From Wickerhamiella versatilis (lineage: Eukaryota): a stretch of DNA of 64,000 nucleotides. Positions within the stretch are counted from its first letter, which is position 1, and each line of letters opens with the position of its first letter. The notes under the pieces were generated by a model. It had not been told where the DNA came from and ran no database searches. It worked only from the letters and a program-made list of their open reading frames with translations. Of this stretch, positions 61,573 to 64,000 are shown one piece after another. Made by a program: the position numbers and the translations under genes. The DNA lies in assembly GCA_030867685.1 (NCBI GenBank), contig JAQOWU010000008.1:1302001-1366000 (forward strand). Reading direction: 5' to 3'.

Positions 61573-63693
61573 ATGTATAGACATTTAGTAATTCCTTTAC
61601 TAACCACTATGCGCCTGACGCCCATATTCCTCCCTGGCATCATAGCCAGCGGGGTGATGGACTGGGTATATCATGGTGGTGAGTTCGCTGATAATGATGC
61701 ACTTGAGAAATTCGTTACTCCTATTTCGAATCCCTATCCACCTTATGCCCTAGAAAGATATCACTTGACGACCACGCTGTCACTACTAGTTGAAAAGATG
61801 TGGCCAAGAACTCAAAGAAATGCTACGGATATGTCGATTGAGACGAAAAATTTCGCTGAAAAGTATAGGCTTGGTGAAGCATACTTTTATGGCATCACAT
61901 TGCCTCGTGACTTATCGAAGGCTCTAGCTCTGTGGGAAGAGGTAGCAGCTTTTGGCAGTGGTGAGCCTGCAGCAAATGCACAGTTCATGCTTGGTGTTAT
62001 GTGGGCTCAAGGACTCGGGGTTCCTCATGTTGATGAACCTAGGGCTATCCTGTATTACACTGCATCAGCTAGTAATGGGGGCGTACGAGGCCTTGCGGCT
62101 CTAGCAAATCGACATTTAACAGGCCGTTTTGTGCCCAAAGATGATGACCTGGCATTACAATATATAAGAGCTGCAGCTGATATGATTCTTGGAGAGTCTG
62201 TAAGTATTGATCAGATCTTTCACCAGTACAATTATGTATTAGCAGCAGAATCAGGCACAGGTGTATATGGAAGCGCAGCATATGCTTCCAATCAGCTTGG
62301 AGGTGCTGATACCGTTTATCATGGGACACGGTCGCGAGCTCGCATATATGTCAATCATATGGGATTGTCTGATGAAACAACGTTGGACGCTCTTGATTCT
62401 CTTGAATTTCGAGCAGATGAAGAGAGTGATCCAGCGGCAATGTACTGGCTCGCTCGACTTTACTCAACTGGTGTGGCGCCTTATCCGCCAAACCCCGAGA
62501 AATCTAAACTTTATGCATTTCAGTGTATTCAGGCAGCACGTGATGACCCCTACACAATTCCGTCCTTGCGAAATTTGTTGGAATCACTTTGTAGCTCAAT
62601 TTTGGGCGACTATGCTCTGGGTCTGGGGAATGTCGATATTGCTTCCGAATGGTATGACCATGGAATAACACTGGCAAAGGAGGTAAGTGAGACATGCCCT
62701 ACTTGTACTTCCGGTAAAGTACGAGTGCTTCTAAAAAACAAGCAATATGATCAAGCTTTTGAGCTGGCTTTCAGCAATCCAGACTCAATAATTACACCAT
62801 CAGCACTCATAGGTTTAGCAACCGAATTGCTGATAAATGACAATGAGGAGAAGGCACATGATGTTCTTCAACGCTGCTGGAAGAAACATAAATATCGCGC
62901 GCCTCAATGTGCATACTTACTAGCCAGCTTGGATGACCAGGCGGCTAAGCCAGCTCGCGATGTAGCCGAAAAATATTTTGCTGCCATCAGAGGGGCTGAA
63001 GAATTATGGATCCCTCAAAGATGGGCCCAACGGTCGTACATAAATGGTGATCCGGATTCGGCAATCATTGGCTTCTTAATCGCGGCCGAAGTTGGATTCA
63101 ACGACGCTGCAGCAAATGCTGCAGATCTCCTAGATGTGCGTCATGGATCTCTACAAATTTTATCGAAATGGCCTCAGAATATTGTAGAGGAATCACGTCG
63201 TGCAGAGCTTGCATTAAAACTATGGGTACAGGCATCTGAAAGTTATAATGCAGACGCACGTGCGCGGGCCGCCGACTACTTGCTCGAAGGAATTGGTACT
63301 CAAAGCTCTCAACCACAAAAAGCAGCTGAATTTTATAAGCTACTCAGTAAAATGCGTATGGGATACGGATATTATATGCTTGGGTGGCTGCATGAATATG
63401 GTGTGGGATTGCGTAAGGATGTCCATCTGGCTCTCCGTCACTATGAGTATGCCCTCCAGACACCAGGAGGTTGGCTCCCCAGCCATGTTGCAATTTTGAG
63501 ATCCCACCTGAAGCTTTTTCTTGGTGGTGCTGAGGCTGCAGCTGACGAGCCAAGAAAACCTTTGAAGTCTTGGGGTGCTATTATATCCTCTTTTCGTAAC
63601 AATGAGAATTCAGAGAAATCTATCTGGACAGACAAGCTCGTGCTAGCAGGCATAATTGTTGCTTTAGCAGGCGGTGCTTGGCTCAACCACTAA
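61573..63693 (+). CDS. HRD3: ERAD SEL1-repeat protein Hrd3
   Basis: Hydrophobic N-terminus, SEL1 repeats (AQFMLGVMWAQG, AAEVGF..AAANAA, LGWLHEYGVGLRKDVHLALRHY), C-terminal TM. Confidence 0.8.
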   Translation: MYRHLVIPLLTTMRLTPIFLPGIIASGVMDWVYHGGEFADNDALEKFVTPISNPYPPYALERYHLTTTLSLLVEKMWPRTQRNATDMSIETKNFAEKYRLGEAYFYGITLPRDLSKALALWEEVAAFGSGEPAANAQFMLGVMWAQGLGVPHVDEPRAILYYTASASNGGVRGLAALANRHLTGRFVPKDDDLALQYIRAAADMILGESVSIDQIFHQYNYVLAAESGTGVYGSAAYASNQLGGADTVYHGTRSRARIYVNHMGLSDETTLDALDSLEFRADEESDPAAMYWLARLYSTGVAPYPPNPEKSKLYAFQCIQAARDDPYTIPSLRNLLESLCSSILGDYALGLGNVDIASEWYDHGITLAKEVSETCPTCTSGKVRVLLKNKQYDQAFELAFSNPDSIITPSALIGLATELLINDNEEKAHDVLQRCWKKHKYRAPQCAYLLASLDDQAAKPARDVAEKYFAAIRGAEELWIPQRWAQRSYINGDPDSAIIGFLIAAEVGFNDAAANAADLLDVRHGSLQILSKWPQNIVEESRRAELALKLWVQASESYNADARARAADYLLEGIGTQSSQPQKAAEFYKLLSKMRMGYGYYMLGWLHEYGVGLRKDVHLALRHYEYALQTPGGWLPSHVAILRSHLKLFLGGAEAAADEPRKPLKSWGAIISSFRNNENSEKSIWTDKLVLAGIIVALAGGAWLNH

Positions 63694-64000
63694 TTTGGTC
63701 AAGCTATATTACCGATATCTGTCATTTTTTTTTAATCTACGAAACACTATAACTATTTTTTGGTACTGGCACGAATTGGAAAATATTGAGAAAGCAACCA
63801 ATGAGTTCTAGTACACACGAAATGCTATTTGGAGCTGTGTATCTTATGAATAGCATAGCTGCAGAAGGCGAGAATCTCAGAACAAAAGTTACAACACATG
63901 CATAACCAGAGCATGGCTCTTCCCTCGGTTCGTGCAAACCGATGGGGAGTGTTCGTGGAACCCTTCATAAAAAGTATAGCAAACTAATAGGAAAAAGAGT

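Noticed and set aside
63737-64000. Minus-strand ORF fragments at the window end
   Set aside because: Short, non-ATG or truncated, with no recognisable homology.

Overview
Very compact, almost intron-free eukaryotic DNA from a budding yeast (Saccharomycotina). CTG codons sit at conserved Leu positions (RNR1 'RSYLLK', 7820-7825), so it is not a CUG-Ser yeast. The compactness and short branchpoint-to-3'SS spacing suggest an early-diverging lineage such as Wickerhamiella/Starmerella (inference). The window has about 40 protein-coding genes, mostly housekeeping: RMD8, SHS1-like septin, PTP1, RNR1, GYP7, OST4, MRX7, VID27, RRG9, PEX17, IES2, MON1, RRP6, TAF1, TSR1, RPS29, REH1/REI1, VAC14, KAR3, PEX19, UBC9, UFE1, HBS1/SKI7, NECAP, MRPL20, PRP16, PAN6, SRP40, SSL2, GPI10, AIM29, MPS1, HMI1, SWD3 and HRD3, plus several orphans. 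I recognised no tRNA, rRNA, transposon or CRISPR. Best leads: (1) a stop-free, in-frame 378-nt intron inside HBS1 that encodes a Ski7-like segment, suggesting an Hbs1/Ski7 switch by intron retention; (2) an Rps29/uS14 that has lost two of four zinc-ligand cysteines in the same way as bacterial zinc-free S14; (3) a possible diverged Pot1-like OB-fold protein, together with TTAGGG boxes at the RPS29 promoter and no RAP1 at its syntenic position. Gene calls come from motif recognition and remembered S. cerevisiae gene order; no searches were run.
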